Both the position numbers and the translations under genes were made by a program. A DNA stretch of 64,000 nucleotides from the human T2T-CHM13v2.0 reference genome, Homo sapiens, in the NCBI RefSeq assembly GCF_009914755.1, contig NC_060944.1. One strand, 5' to 3'. Shown piece by piece: positions 28,240 through 40,928 of this stretch. Numbering within the stretch: the first letter of the stretch is position 1; every line of letters begins with the position of its first letter. The notes below the pieces were generated by a model. The model was not told the origin of the DNA, did not search any database, and saw only the letters and a program-made list of their open reading frames with translations.

Positions 28240-28470
28240 TGCATTTTTGCAGGGGCAGTTACATTTTCCGTTTTCTAGCCAGGAATGGAATGTTGATACT
28301 GTGTGATTATTTTATTTATTTTATACGTTTTCCTTGGAATGTCTACGTGTGGCCGCTGCCCTGGCTTGGTGGCCTCTTGATTTACGGTAGTTATAAACAT
28401 TCCAAAGTAGACATGTCAGTTAAATGATACCATAACATTATACAGTTACAATTCTGTTCTAAATGTGCCC
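28240..28470. promoter_or_regulatory. Candidate enhancer (PBX-HOX, MEIS, TEAD and FOX motifs)
   Basis: GGAATG at 28282, 28287 and 28336; CATTCC at 28398; TGATTTACGG (28378-28387); ATAAACA (28393-28399); TGTCAG (28414-28419). Confidence 0.5.
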
Positions 28471-28597
28471 AGAGTTCCAAAAAATCCGTTTTCAGCTCCC
28501 CTCCTCCACCCCATTCCTTCCTGCTACCTACGCATGATGGCATTGGAAGCCACTAGCTCAATGGAAAGAAGACAGAAGACCTAAGGTTTACTCGTAG

Positions 28598-28942
<345 letters not shown>

Positions 28943-29443
28943 GGAAAAAACATTTCTAAGAAGCAAGTTGGCATCCAGAAGTAACATGCCCCTTTAGAGA
29001 ACACATTTGAACTTTCTTCCTACTGAAAATCACGTTTATTCACATCATGCATGTATTCCCAGGAGAAAGTGGTTCTAAGATGGTGGCCACTGAGTAATTC
29101 TGGGAGGTGACCTGTCTCTCAATCCCCTGGCCTGCTGCCTTTACCGCCCACCAACAAAGAAAGAGTGGTTTGTGCTTCCTAAAAGATGCTGAGAGAGGGA
29201 AGGAAGAAAATATCTCCACGGACATAGCAATTTGGAGAGCTTAACATTCAACCAGAAAACCCACTTCAGCATCCTCCCCAGGAGAACTGTCAGGGAGGAA
29301 TTCGCTACATGCCTTCTCACAGAAAACACTGGGACATGGGCTGCTTTCACTGCCCAATTCTAACCCTTGGACGTGTACAAACCCGACAACTGATATCTGA
29401 AGCAAAATGTACACCTAAAGAATTTTTATTCTCTGTGCTAGAG

Positions 29444-29638
29444 CAGGGGTTGGCCTGGGCTTGTTTTTGTAAATAAAGTTTTATTGGAATGCAGCCACGC
29501 TCATTTGTGGATGTCTTGCTTATGGCTGCTTCTGTGGGACAAGGGCAGGGTTTGATAGTTACCACGGAGACCCAACGGCCTACAAAGCCAAAAATGTTTA
29601 CTGTTTGGTCTTTCGCAGGAAAAGTGTACTGGCTCCTG
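29444..29638 (+). mobile_element. MER58A (hAT-Charlie)
   Basis: tttttgtaaataaagttttattggaatgcagccacgctcattt..gccaaaaatgtttactgtttgg. Confidence 0.85.
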
Positions 29639-30589
29639 TCCTGGATCAACTCAGAAAATGAAACACATCGGATTCTGTCCAGGCCGGGCACAGCAACCTG
29701 GCCCATCCATGTGGAGCCTGCAGTGACAACTTCCGCTGTCTGCACAAAACTGGAGGGAGGCTGGGGGTGCTCCAAGTATAAGTTTCCTCATCAGCAAACC
29801 GGAAAGAGAAAGACCGACCTGGAGGCTGGTTATGGGGATAAAATAAATATGTCCTTATATATGTGTATAAAGCCCCAGCACAAACAGCAGTCGCCGCATG
29901 GGTCAGGGAGGCACTGCTTGGAGCCTTATGTGACCGTGTTCTCACATTATCTTCCAACTGGTTTGGGAGACAGGTACTGCTATGATCTCTGTATTACACA
30001 GAAGCAAACTGAAGCTCAGAGTGGCCGCTCACTTCACTCCGAACAGAAGGTGCTTGAGCTCTGTGCTGATAGATGGAATCCCAGATTTTCCATTTAACTT
30101 TTGATGTTGTGTCGTGGGAGTGGTGTTCCACCTTTGGAGGGTTTTAAGGACTCTTTATTAACCAGCAAGGGTTCTTGTGCCTTTAAGGAGGAGTGATTGA
30201 GAGGCACCTGCAAGGCCGGTGGAGGCTGCTCTGGAGGCCTGCCTCTTCCAGCCCACAGGCCCTGCTTCCTGGAACTGGTGTGGGTCACTCATTCCAGTTC
30301 GCCTCTGAAACTATTTTCATGACAGTAAGCTGCTACCTCAAGAAACAGCAACAGTAGGGATTTTGCCTGTCAGGTAAGGTGCTTGGGGAGTGAAGGCTGT
30401 GGTCAGGATCCAAGCAGGAAGCCTGAGTTCATGTCTATTCTTCACTGAGCATGGCCAAGTCCATTTGAGTCCATCTCCAGAAGACATGTCAAAATCACCC
30501 ACTTATCTCCATCTTCAACTCCTCCCAGGTCACCACCTTATCTTCCTTAGATGACTGCACTAGCTTCCTGACTGGTTTCCCTAAAACCC

Positions 30590-30900
30590 ATTCATTTATC
30601 TATCCCTTCTACCATTTCTCCCACCAAACATCCATCTCACCACCCACCATCCTGCCACTTATCTTTCCCTCCCTCCCTCATTCCCTTCCTCCATCTATCT
30701 CTCCATCCATCCATCCATCCATCCATCCATCCATCCATCCACCCACTAATATGTATTTAGTGGTTACAATGTCCCAAGCACTGTATGGGTCCCAGTGTAG
30801 GTGGAAAAGGAAACAGATTTCCTGACCTCAAACAAAACAATAAATTTCAAAGTAAGAAGCCCCACGAGGGAGGAAGTGTAGGCTGTCTTGAAAGAGGATG
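30590..30900 (-). mobile_element. L2 tail with (CCAT)n array (~30703-30741)
   Basis: Degenerate CCAT/CT-rich tract, then atgtatttagtggttacaatgtcccaagcactgt. Confidence 0.55.
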
Positions 30901-31211
30901 ATATCAGGAGACATATATGGAGAGGGCTTGGAGGAGGTGATGCGCCTCACCAGGAGGTGATATACTGATAGAGGGACTATATAATTTATTGATCAAACGG
31001 GGCCATTTTGGGGAGTGAGAGGAGGAGCTATTAAACATTTTTTCAGGGCACCAGGTGCATGTCAGGACTGGCCAGGTAAACTGAGCTGCATGGCTACCTC
31101 CTACAAGCCAAGGTTCACAGCATGAGCTGAGAAAGGGGCAAGGAGGAGAGAAATGCCCCTTCCTTTCCTTGGGGAGAGCCTGCAAACCTACATTTAAAAG
31201 AACTAGGAGAA

Positions 31212-31509
31212 GGCTGGGTCCGGTGGCTCACGCCTGTAATCCCAGCTCTTTGGGAGGCTGAGGTGGGTGGATCATGAGGTCAGGAGTTCAAGACCAGCCT
31301 GGCCAATATGGTGAAATCCCATCTCTACTAAAAAATACAAAAATTAGCTGGAGGTGGTGGCGTGCGCCTATAGTCCCAGCTACTCAGGAGGCTGGGGCAG
31401 GAGAATCGCTGGAACTAGGGAGGCAGAGGTTGCAGGGAGCCGAGATCATGCCACTGCACTCCAGCCTGGGTGACAGAGTGAGACTCCATCTCAAAAAAAA
31501 AAAAAAAAA
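31212..31509 (+). mobile_element. AluSg-like SINE
   Basis: ggatcatgaggtcaggagttcaagaccagcctggccaa; poly(A) tail. Confidence 0.93.
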
Positions 31510-31899
31510 GGGGGCAAGAGAGAAAGTAAAGAGGAAAAAGAAAGAGCTGTGGAGTGCTGGGGCAAGAGTGAGTTTTGGGGATGGAGGTTAAGCAAATAAG
31601 AGTCTCAGGGAAATGCGGGATGGCAGAGTTGGGGGAGAGGAGAAAATAGGGTATAAGAAATGTTTTTCTGTGTTGTGAATTGGGCTCCCTTCGATGCTGC
31701 TTTTACTGTTGTCTATCAAAAGATGCAAGTGAAAGAGTGGCATTCCCTTTGCTTTCTCTAAGGCGTGTTTGCTGTTTGGGATGTGCATCTTGGACTAAGT
31801 CTCCTTCTGGAGCTTGGAACACCAGGTTCCGCCGTCACAACCTTTATCATGCACAGGTCGCCCTGGCATGGACAGGACCTTAGCTTTATTGTCCGTGCT

Positions 31900-32005
31900 C
31901 CCTCGCTCAACTGAGAGCTTTCTGAGGGCAGGGCCTCTGTCTGCTTGTCTCTAGTCCCAGCACCTAGCACAGGCTAGCATTTAGTATGTGCTCAATAGTG
32001 TGCAG
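31900..32005 (+). mobile_element. L2 3' end
   Basis: actgagagctttctgagggcaggg..cccagcacctagcacag..gtgctcaata. Confidence 0.75.
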
Positions 32006-33249
32006 TGTAGGGACGAGTGCACGGGCTCCAGCGTGGTTAATGTCCTTCACAAGGCGCCTTGGAGGAGCCGTCCCCAAGCTCATGCTTCATTTCACATCCT
32101 GCTCCTGCAGAAATGGAGCAGCTGCTCCGCTTGGGTTATTTAGTGTCGGAATTTCATCTCCCCCCACGCCAGGCTGCCCTCGTCTCTACCTCCATCAACT
32201 CCCCAAGGCCATCCAAGGAGCCTCATGGAAGCAGATATCTGCAGATGGCTTGTGTGACCCATGGATGGGTATTGAGCTTCACGCCTCACCGCCTTACAGT
32301 CTGGCCTCTTCGTCAGCATCAGTGGGACAGGCAGGGTCTCTAAGAAGAGCTCCAAGCTCCCAGAGGCCCTGCCAGGCAGTTCTGGGCTGGTTCCCTCAGG
32401 GGTCAAGGGAATCATGGCCAGCGTGGGTCACAGTTGCAGGCTGGGGAGTCTCAACCACTACTCTTCCTCCGGCTAGCTCTGTAATTCGGAGTGAGCCGTG
32501 TGGACTCCAGCCTCAGTCCTTCTGTAAAATGGAGACAACTCAGCACCGAACCCTATGCAATAGGCACTGGACACGCCGAGGTTTATCACCACCATGACTT
32601 GGTTAAAGGCTGCTCGGCCTCTGGGAGGACACAGCACTGGCTGGGGAACAAGGCTCTGCGGACACCTGACACCCAGGGGGCTGCAGGGGAAGGGGGGTGC
32701 TCTTTTATCTATTTCTGTCCTCAAAGGTGTAGGAAATTGTTCATCCAGGCCAGGTGGCCGGGCCTCACTGCCTCTGTGATAGCTCAGCTTGTTAGCTAGC
32801 AAAGGCCGCACAAGGCAGGCCACGATGTTGACTGCACCTGCCACGGGCTTTCTGTGACTGTGCTGAAACACTAATGCCAGCTGTAATTCCCTCCTGGAGA
32901 CCTGGTAATGAGGGCTGGCACCATGTCCCCGACATGATTGAAAACGGGCTTTGTTTATGCACTCTCAGAGCAGATGAGACGTGCATTTAAAGTGGTCCAG
33001 CGAATTTGGGGAAAGGAAGGATGCAATTTCTTGGATGGGAGACATTTCTAAGGACCCCGCCCTGAGTCTGATGAGGTGGTGGGGGGATTGTTGGTGAGGG
33101 CTCAGGTTTATAGGTGACTAGCTTCTTGATTGAGGACACAGTCTTAGGAGAAACCCAGACAGCACGGTTGCAGCAGTCCATCCCTTCATTCCGCCCCATG
33201 TGGGCACTGCCCACATGCCCAACTTTATGTGTACCCCATCCCAGGCTGG

Positions 33250-33682
33250 TGGGCTGGGATCAGAGGCCAGGGAGGAGTGGTGTTGTTTGAGGAGATTTGA
33301 TTAAAGGTGTGCAGATGTGGGCAGGGCTTAGAAAAAGCAATGAAGGGTTGGTGCAGTCCAGGAGGGCTGATCACGGGGGGAGCAGTTCCCACTCCAGGGA
33401 CATAAGGCAGGGGTGGAGCCATGGCCAGAGCCCTGGGAGGGTGGCTCCATGGCAGGAGCGCTTGGAGGGGCTGCGGCCTTTAGCAAAGCAACCCGGAGCC
33501 AGTGCCACCCGGCCAGAAGACAGCCAGGAAAGTAAATCCCCCCAGGTCTCCCGCAGGTGCCTCTTCTGGCCAGAAGGCACAGGGACCTGCTAATGGTCCG
33601 TACGGAGTGGCCTCCTGGGGCCCAGAGAAAGTAGAGAAGTGTGGACGTGGATGTGAGTAGCCATGGGTCGTACCCAGCACAG
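33250..33682. mobile_element. ERVL LTR33-like fragment
   Basis: tttgaggagatttgattaaagg..gtgggcagggcttag..gggttggtgcagt resembles recalled LTR33 sequence. Confidence 0.5.
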
Positions 33683-34489
33683 GTCAGCTCCGGTGGAGTT
33701 TCCAGCATCTGGTGTAGGGGCTGCAAACTCAGGGACCTAAAGGGGCCAGGCAAGTAGTTAATATAAATGAGGGGCGCCAGACAGGTGTGTGAGATAAGGG
33801 AAGGGTGGGGAGTGTGGCAAACTAGATTGCTCATGCCAGGAGAGAAAGAGGCCCAGAATGGACAGATCCTCCCATTTTTTAGGCAAAAGCTGGAAATTGG
33901 GGGTTTTTCTGAGCTCTCTCCTGATTTTAAATTTTAGCAGTAAAGTCAAACTTCTGAAATGAAAACAATTTGCAAGCAAGACAAATGAAATTTGTCTGTG
34001 CGGGGGACATCACTCTTGGGCTGGTTTGGCGCCTCCGGTCAGTAGGAGCGATACGACAAACGAGTGTAAGGGACCGAGCTGGACTCGCTCTCCAGGGCTC
34101 GGAGGCGGGGGGTGGTAGACAAGGGCACCGCCGGGGTTGCCGGCTGAGCTAAACCTGCCACTTGTGCCCAGCACCCTTCCGAGTGTTTTCACGCCCTCGT
34201 CTGTTGTCTTCAATCCCACCCCATCCTGCCTCCCCCATGCTCTATCACTGCACTCCGTCTGTTCTTCAGAGCATTTACCCAAATGTATGATTGTGCATTT
34301 CTTTACTCATTTATTTGCTCTTTTTCCCTTCCCGAAGACGAGGCATATGTCTGTTTCCTCCCTTGTTCCCAGAGCCAGGCAAATACAAAATGACAGATAG
34401 CTGTTTGTGCAGTAACTGCTGCTGAGCCCCCTCAGGAGGGAGGCATTGTTATTCTTATTCCTAGTAGGAGTAGAAGCCGTCATCGTTGT

Positions 34490-34612
34490 AGTCATCACCC
34501 GTGTCTTATAATTGAGGAGACGGAAGCACAGAGTGGATAAGGGACTTAGTTCAGATTGCACAGCCAGGAAGCACTGGAATGGGGATTGAAACCCAGGACT
34601 GGCAGGTTCTCA
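34490..34612 (-). mobile_element. MIR
   Basis: tgaggagacggaagcacagag..cacagccaggaag..gggattgaaacccagg. Confidence 0.7.
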
Positions 34613-34887
34613 AGACCCCTACCCTCAGCTCAAACACTGGCTCCTCCCTAGGAATCCCTCAATTTGAGTGTAGACCTCACCTTTTCCAAGAAGCCCTCCC
34701 TGACTTACCTGTCAGCTGGGTCAGTGGCCGCCTCTGGGATCCTCTAAACAGGATCTACCTCTCCATATTTCACTTTCCTGCTTCCCTGTCTTGAGCTCTG
34801 GGTTGTCAAGTTCACCTTGTAAGCAGACAGGTGGTTTTGTTCATGCTTTCTCTCCCCACCCCTTACAGCCCAGTGCCTGGCCTGCAT

Positions 34888-35115
34888 TAATAATAATAAC
34901 AACAACAATAATAATAGAAGAGACAGCTGTCATGCTGAGTGCTTCCCACGTGCCGGGCGCCATACTCAGTGCTTCCTGTCTATGCTTTTATTTCCTCTTC
35001 TCCACAACCCCATTTACAGATTCGGAGCCTGGGACTCAGACAGTAGCTTGCCAGAGGATACGTAGCTGGTGGGAGGTGGAAGTAGGATTGAAATCCAGCC
35101 CTGCCTGTGCCTGAA
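34888..35115 (-). mobile_element. MIR
   Basis: (AAT/AAC)n tail, tgagtgcttcccacgtgccgggc..ccatttacaga..ggattgaaatccag. Confidence 0.7.
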
Positions 35116-35159
35116 GCCACCGTACTGGTTGTAACCACCACCCTGACAGATCCCACTGC

Positions 35160-35376
35160 AGGGACTTAACCATCAGGTGATATCAGGGACCAGGGTGTCA
35201 GTACTCCTGGCTTTGCGGCCGTGCTATCTCTGCTGGAACCCTTAACCCCGCTGCTGCCATGCAGTCAGCCAGAGACTGTCCATAAACCAATGGGCATGGT
35301 TGCGTTTCAATAAAACTTTATTTATAAACACAGGTGATAGGTAGAATTTGGGCTACGGACCTCAGTTTATGACTTT
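35160..35376 (-). mobile_element. MER58A
   Basis: aatgggcatggttgcgtttcaataaaactttatttataaacacagg. Confidence 0.75.
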
Positions 35377-35919
35377 GGCGTATGCCATGGATGTCAATGT
35401 TACAAGACGTCCTGGTTTCAGACACGTGATGTAAAAAAAACTGTGCATCTTAGAATCTAGGAGAAGTGATATTTGTTGAGTGAATGAATGAATGCGTGAA
35501 TGACTGAGTCAGGTGTGTGCCCCTGAGTGTTTGGCAGGGAAGATGGGCACCTGGCAGTGAGTACCATGAATGTTGCATTAATGTCCTCCGAGTGGCCCTT
35601 ACTCTCACCCTGGGGACACCACTGTCCCACAGCACATAAGTGGAAACTGAGGCCCCAACAAATCAAGAGTTTGTCTCTGGCCAACTGGCAACAGCAATTC
35701 GGTGAGGTGCCAGCTTGCTTAGCAGGGCTTAAGAAGCAGGTGGGCACCATTCCTCGTCGGCTGAGGAAGCCAGCCCTCAAAGTCATAGTGCATAAAGAAT
35801 AACTTTTCACTTTAATTCCATCCAGATTAATTCAGCGAGAGTTTATTGAACACCTTTCATCATGGCTGGATGGGTGAGTGGTGCCCATAAAACAGGGCTC
35901 CTGCCCTCAGGGAGCTTAA

Positions 35920-36480
35920 GCACATCTAATCTTATAAACCACCCAGATCTAAAACCAGCGTGAGAATTCAGAGGCGCCAAGCCCCCTGCCCGTCCCCATG
36001 GAGCCTTCTGAGGGCTGCAACGTGGATATTTTCCAGGCAGGAATTAATCACGGCTTCGTTGGCGCTCCAAGCCAGACCCTACATAATACCTTCTATAAAG
36101 AGCCTTATTACACCGGAAGGTTGTATATTATATTCTTCACTGCACACCAGCTACGTGCGTAGGCTGCTCCCTATGTCCCTGGGCCAATAAATTAGATTTA
36201 GATTACAAGGGGAGGAAAGGCGGCCCCGCGCGTGAATACCTAACAGTCACTGTGGACCGAGATGTCTTGATTTAGATGGCTAAATGGCCCAGTGAAGGGG
36301 CCAAGAGGTCGCAGGTTGACACATAAAAAGCTCACAGCCTCCACAAGCCAACCATCACCTTGAGCAAACAGGCCCGCCAGCGGGGGCCGGGACTGCAGGC
36401 TAATTGGCAGCTTGGATCCAACGTCACGCTTATTTCCCGAACGCAACTCACTTCCAGCTCCAGGTTATTGATCCCTGTTG
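35920..36480. promoter_or_regulatory. Candidate conserved enhancer, CpG-retaining
   Basis: AATTAATCA (36042-36050), ACCGGAAG (36112-36119), CCAATAAA (36184-36191), TGACA+CATAAAA (36317-36328), GCAAACA (36364-36370), GCTAATTGG (36399-36407). Confidence 0.55.
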
Positions 36481-36945
36481 AGGAGGGTGGTCTGGCTTTG
36501 ATGCAGAGGCCCCTCGTCTGGCTCCAGAGTTTTCCAACTTGGGGCATTAATGTTTTTCAAGTGCCTCTCTGGAACCAGAGGCTAGGAAAGCCAATGTGAA
36601 GCGGAGGCAACCCCAGGGCCCTGGTGGGGTGTGTGGAGAACCGTGGCTGTGAATGGGCAGGTAGACCGTCTTGCTAGAAGCAGAGAGGGAGGAGCCTCCT
36701 GTGGCAGCAGGAGGGGACACAGTTGCTGGGAGGCTGGTGGTGGGGCTCCCCAAACTTGCCTGGGGGAGGAACCCCTAAGCTGGAGCTTCTGATTCTTCGG
36801 GCACCCACTCGAATGCTTCTCTGGGATACCTCTGTGGACCCACAACTGCTGGGCTGCAGTAACTACACGTTTCAAGTTTTCCTGGATTTTGTTACACTGC
36901 TCCATGACGGCTGGTGGGATGTGTGACCCCAGAAAGAAGCAGTGA

Positions 36946-37350
<405 letters not shown>

Positions 37351-37669
37351 TAATTGGATCTCATACATTTAAAGGAGTAGGAATTAGTCAGGTAAGAAGG
37401 AAGAAAAGCGTCTTCCAGAAAGAGGCAACTATGGGAGTAAAGAGACAGGAGGAATAGCAAAGTGCTCAGTATTGCTCAAGGGGCTCGCTGTGGAGAGGTT
37501 GGAGAGGTGGGGTGCTCAGGCATCACCTTGCAAGTCAGAAACAGGCCAGTCCGTGTGATTGTTCAGCTTCCCAGGTGTGCCCTGACACCCATGTGCAGAA
37601 GAGATGATTATGGGACATTTCAGAGATGAAGGCTCATGGGAGAGATGGGGTGGGACAAGAGAGCAAGGT

Positions 37670-37878
37670 GCTGGCTGGGGAGCCAGCATCAAATCTTAGC
37701 CCTGCTGCTTGCTCAGCGATGTGGCCTTGGCTGCCTTCACCTCCCCAATCCTCAAGCTCCTCCCCTGTCAACCGAGGACAAGAAGAACTCTTACTCTTAG
37801 GCTTGTGATGAGAACCATATGAGACGATGTGTGGCACGTGCTTAGCACCAGGCAGGGTATGGTGCATGAGCTGAATTG
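37670..37878 (+). mobile_element. MIR
   Basis: tcaaatcttagccctgc..tgtggccttgg..ttgtgatgagaa..gtgcttagcac. Confidence 0.6.
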
Positions 37879-38032
37879 TCATGTGTCACATCATTTCCAT
37901 GGGGCTCAGTTTAGAAAGAAGGAAGGCCAAAGTGGTGCTGATGAATTGGGAGAAAGTGGAAGAGTCAGGTTCAGGGGGCCTCTTGAGGTGAAAAAGCATG
38001 TTTCCTGGAAGCAAAGGAAGAAGGAGGCTACG

Positions 38033-38082
38033 GAGAGAGAGAAGGAGAGAGAGAGAGAGAGAGAGAGACAAGACAGAGAGAG
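38033..38082. repeat. (GA)n-rich microsatellite
   Basis: gagagagagaaggagagagagagagagagagagagacaagacagagagag. Confidence 0.9.
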
Positions 38083-38315
38083 GGGGGGGATTTGGAGGCT
38101 GCAAGATGAAGCAATTCAGGATCCAATGAGTAGCAAAGGGAGTGAGGGGATGAGAAGTGGAGGAACAGGGAAAGGAGGGTCATTGGGCAAAAGGCCAAAG
38201 AGCCGGGAGGCCTGGGGTTGGGGGACAGATAGGTGGCCCATTGGGACGTTTAGCTGAAACCAAGTTGATGGTAGAATATGGGATGGAGAGGTCTCAAAGC
38301 GGTGGAAATGGAAGG

Positions 38316-39165
38316 TGTAGGTTAGCCAGGTTGCTTTTGTTTGCAAAGAAATGGAACCCAACTCAAGTAGGTGTATGCTAGGAAGAGGGACACTATTGGC
38401 TCCTTAACCAGAAAAGACCAGGAATGATGGTTTCAGGAATGGTTGAATCCAGGCGCTCAAGTGATGTCATCAGGACTTGCCTCCCTTTGCCTTCTCTCTG
38501 TTCTGCTTTCTTCTATGTTAGCCTCATTCTCAGGCAGTCTCTCCCCAGGTGGTGGAAATATGGCTGGAAGCAGCTCGTTGCCTACGTTCCTCAGGTCAGC
38601 AAGCCCCTGGGCAGAGATCACTTTGTTAAAAGTTTCCGTGGAAGTCCTGGGGTTGAATTTGATTGGACTGTCTTGGGTCATATGCCCATTCCCAGAGCTG
38701 GGTGTCAGGGAGTGTGATCTGATATGGTTTGGCTGTGTCCCCACCCAAATCTCATCTTGAATTGTAGTTCCCATAATTCCTACATGTTGGAGGAGGGACC
38801 CAGTAGGAGATATTTGAATCATGGGGGCAGTTTCCCCCATACTGTTCTTGTAGTAGTGAATAAGCCTCACAAGATGTGATGGTTTGATAAGGGGTTTCCC
38901 CTTTCACTTGGCTCTCATTCTCTCTTGCCTGCCACCATGTAAGATGTGTCTTTCACCTTCCACCATGATTGTGAGGCCTCCCCAGCCACATGGAACTGAG
39001 TCCATTAAACCTCTTTTTCTTTATCAATTACCCAGTCTCAAGTATGTCTTTATCAGCAGCATGAAAATGAACTAATAAAGATCCAAAGTGTGTGTGCTGT
39101 GAACAGGTGAGAATGGTAAAATTGGGTTGCTTTTCAGAAGAAGGGGGACTGGGTGCTGGGCAGTA
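38316..39165 (-). mobile_element. MLT1J/K-like LTR interrupted by a THE1 LTR
   Basis: cttttgtttgcaaagaaatggaacccaactcaa..gaatccaggcgctcaagtgatgtcatcagg..tgattggactgtcttgggtcatatgccca; resumes after 39080 (cagaagaagggggactgggtgctgggcag). Confidence 0.75.
38720..39079 (+). mobile_element. THE1 (B/C-like) solo LTR, complete
   Basis: Starts tgatatggtttggctgtgtccccacccaaatctcatcttgaattgtag and ends gaactaataaa; gatc on both flanks. Confidence 0.93.
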
Positions 39166-40349
39166 TCCCCTTTAAGGACTGACCCAGGATCTGGAAGATG
39201 ATACCAACAATGAGGAGGAAAGGCTGGGGCCAGCAGGGCCGGGGGGTGGCGTCCATTTGCTGGAAATGACCAAGGGGCAGTGTAGAAATGTTTGGGAAGG
39301 GGCAGTCAGCCAACCGCAGAGCCAGACGCCCTGTACCTCTCCCCGCAGCCAGCGAGGCTGCCTGCTTGTCACTGTGAAAGTGTGTTGAGTTTCTGCGAGT
39401 CACCCAGGCAGAGTTACGTGGCCCATTGTGATGATTTCCCTTTTTGCCTCAGCTGCCAGGACGCAGGGAGCCAAACTATCATATCTAATCTGTTACCGTT
39501 TCCCTAAGCCCGGGGATTTGGGAGCTTTTCTCCCCCTCCTTCTGTGTGGTGTTCTTGATTTTTCTCTTTCTATTTAACAGCCTTTCCAGTTTATGTGTCG
39601 TTTATCGTAAACCACCTCAAATCCTTTTTTGAAGCAGGCAGGGTATAAATTATAAATAGATTTAATTTTAAAAATTCAATAGGGCAGTTTCTCTGTAGGG
39701 CTCCCAGCAATCGCTTCTGCTGACATTTCCCTCGTTACCCCAGGGGAGCAGGAGCAGGGCGGTGGGAGCAGCTGGGAAGGGGCTTAACCCTTGGAGTGCT
39801 GTGTCTGGGGGCTTGGCCCCATGTGCTGGGACCAGGAGCCCAGCACAGGTGGACGACCACGCAGCCCTCAGAGGGGTCGAGCTGCTGAAGAAAGTGGGGT
39901 GATGTCCCCCACCTTCCTGGGAATTCATTCCTTCCCACGGTTGCCCCATGTCATGGTTCAACATGTGCCCACTTGAGCCGGCCTTTCCTTGTCCTTCTCT
40001 TTTGCAAACCATGCAGGCCTCACACCTCCACAGTGCCACAGATGCAGTCCACACGCCAGGTCATAAAACCCTGCAGAAATGATGCCAGAGTTGTGGCCCG
40101 GTGCATCGGCGAGCTCTGGGGGGCTGCTCACCTTTCACAGGTCCCCAGAGATGTATAAAATAGCTCACTCTTAGTCACTGAGCTATGAATGTAGGCCTTG
40201 CACTTGCCAGCTCAGAGTCTCAAAGTGTGGCAGTGGTGGAGGCACCTGTGTGGAGGAGCCATGGCTGGGCCATCCTGGTGCCAGGCAGTGTAAGCAGGTT
40301 AGGGTGCAGGTGCCGAGGGAAGTCTGCCCTGCTGGCAATGCAGTAGGCT

Positions 40350-40530
40350 GCCCTGGGCTGTGTGACCTCAGGCAAGATACCCAACCTCTCTGAACTTCAG
40401 CTTCCTCATCTCTACAGTGGGTGTACAGTAACACCTACTTAAGAGGGTTGTTGATTATTTGAGTTATTAAAGCGTAGCGAAAATGCTCAGAATCGTACCT
40501 GGCATATTGTAAGAACTTCATCTTTGCTAT
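40350..40530 (+). mobile_element. MIR
   Basis: ctgtgtgacctcaggcaag..aacctctctgaacttcagcttcctcatct..cctggcata. Confidence 0.85.
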
Positions 40531-40679
40531 GGTTCTGTACTTTTGGGGAACACACACACATACACACACCAATATAAATCATTTTGACAATTTCAACTCC
40601 TTATCCCTGGCTCACCCAAGAAGCTCACATCATTCAATGGAGGCAAGGTCACAGGAGGTATGATCCATCCGCCCATCTG

Positions 40680-40928
40680 TCCTTCCTCCCTTCTCCCTCC
40701 CTCCCTTCCTTCCTCCCTTCCTTCCCTCCTCCCTTCTATCCTCTCTCCTCCTCTCTCCCTTCTTCCTTCCCTCCCTTCCTCCCTCCCTCCTGTCCCTCCT
40801 CCCTTCCTTCCCTCCTCCTTTCTTCCCTCCTCCTTTCTTCCCTCTCTCCTCCCTCCCTCCCTCCCTTCTTTCTTCCTTCCTTCCTTCCTTCCTTCCTCCC
40901 TCCCTTCTTTCCTTCCTTCCTTCCTTCC
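40680..40928. repeat. Near-pure polypyrimidine (CCTT/CCCT)n tract
   Basis: ~250 bp with only 2 purines. Confidence 0.95.

Noticed and set aside
29489-30097. 202-aa ORF
   Set aside because: Begins inside MER58A and ends in MIR-like sequence; no recognisable domain.
31986-32597. 203-aa ORF
   Set aside because: Starts in an L2 tail and ends in MIR-like sequence; Ser/Pro/Gly-rich composition typical of chance ORFs in GC-rich DNA.
36372-36390. Possible CTCF site (gcccgccagcgggggccg); similar word at ~34028-34041
   Set aside because: Spacing is one base off the CCASYAGRKGGCRS core in both cases.
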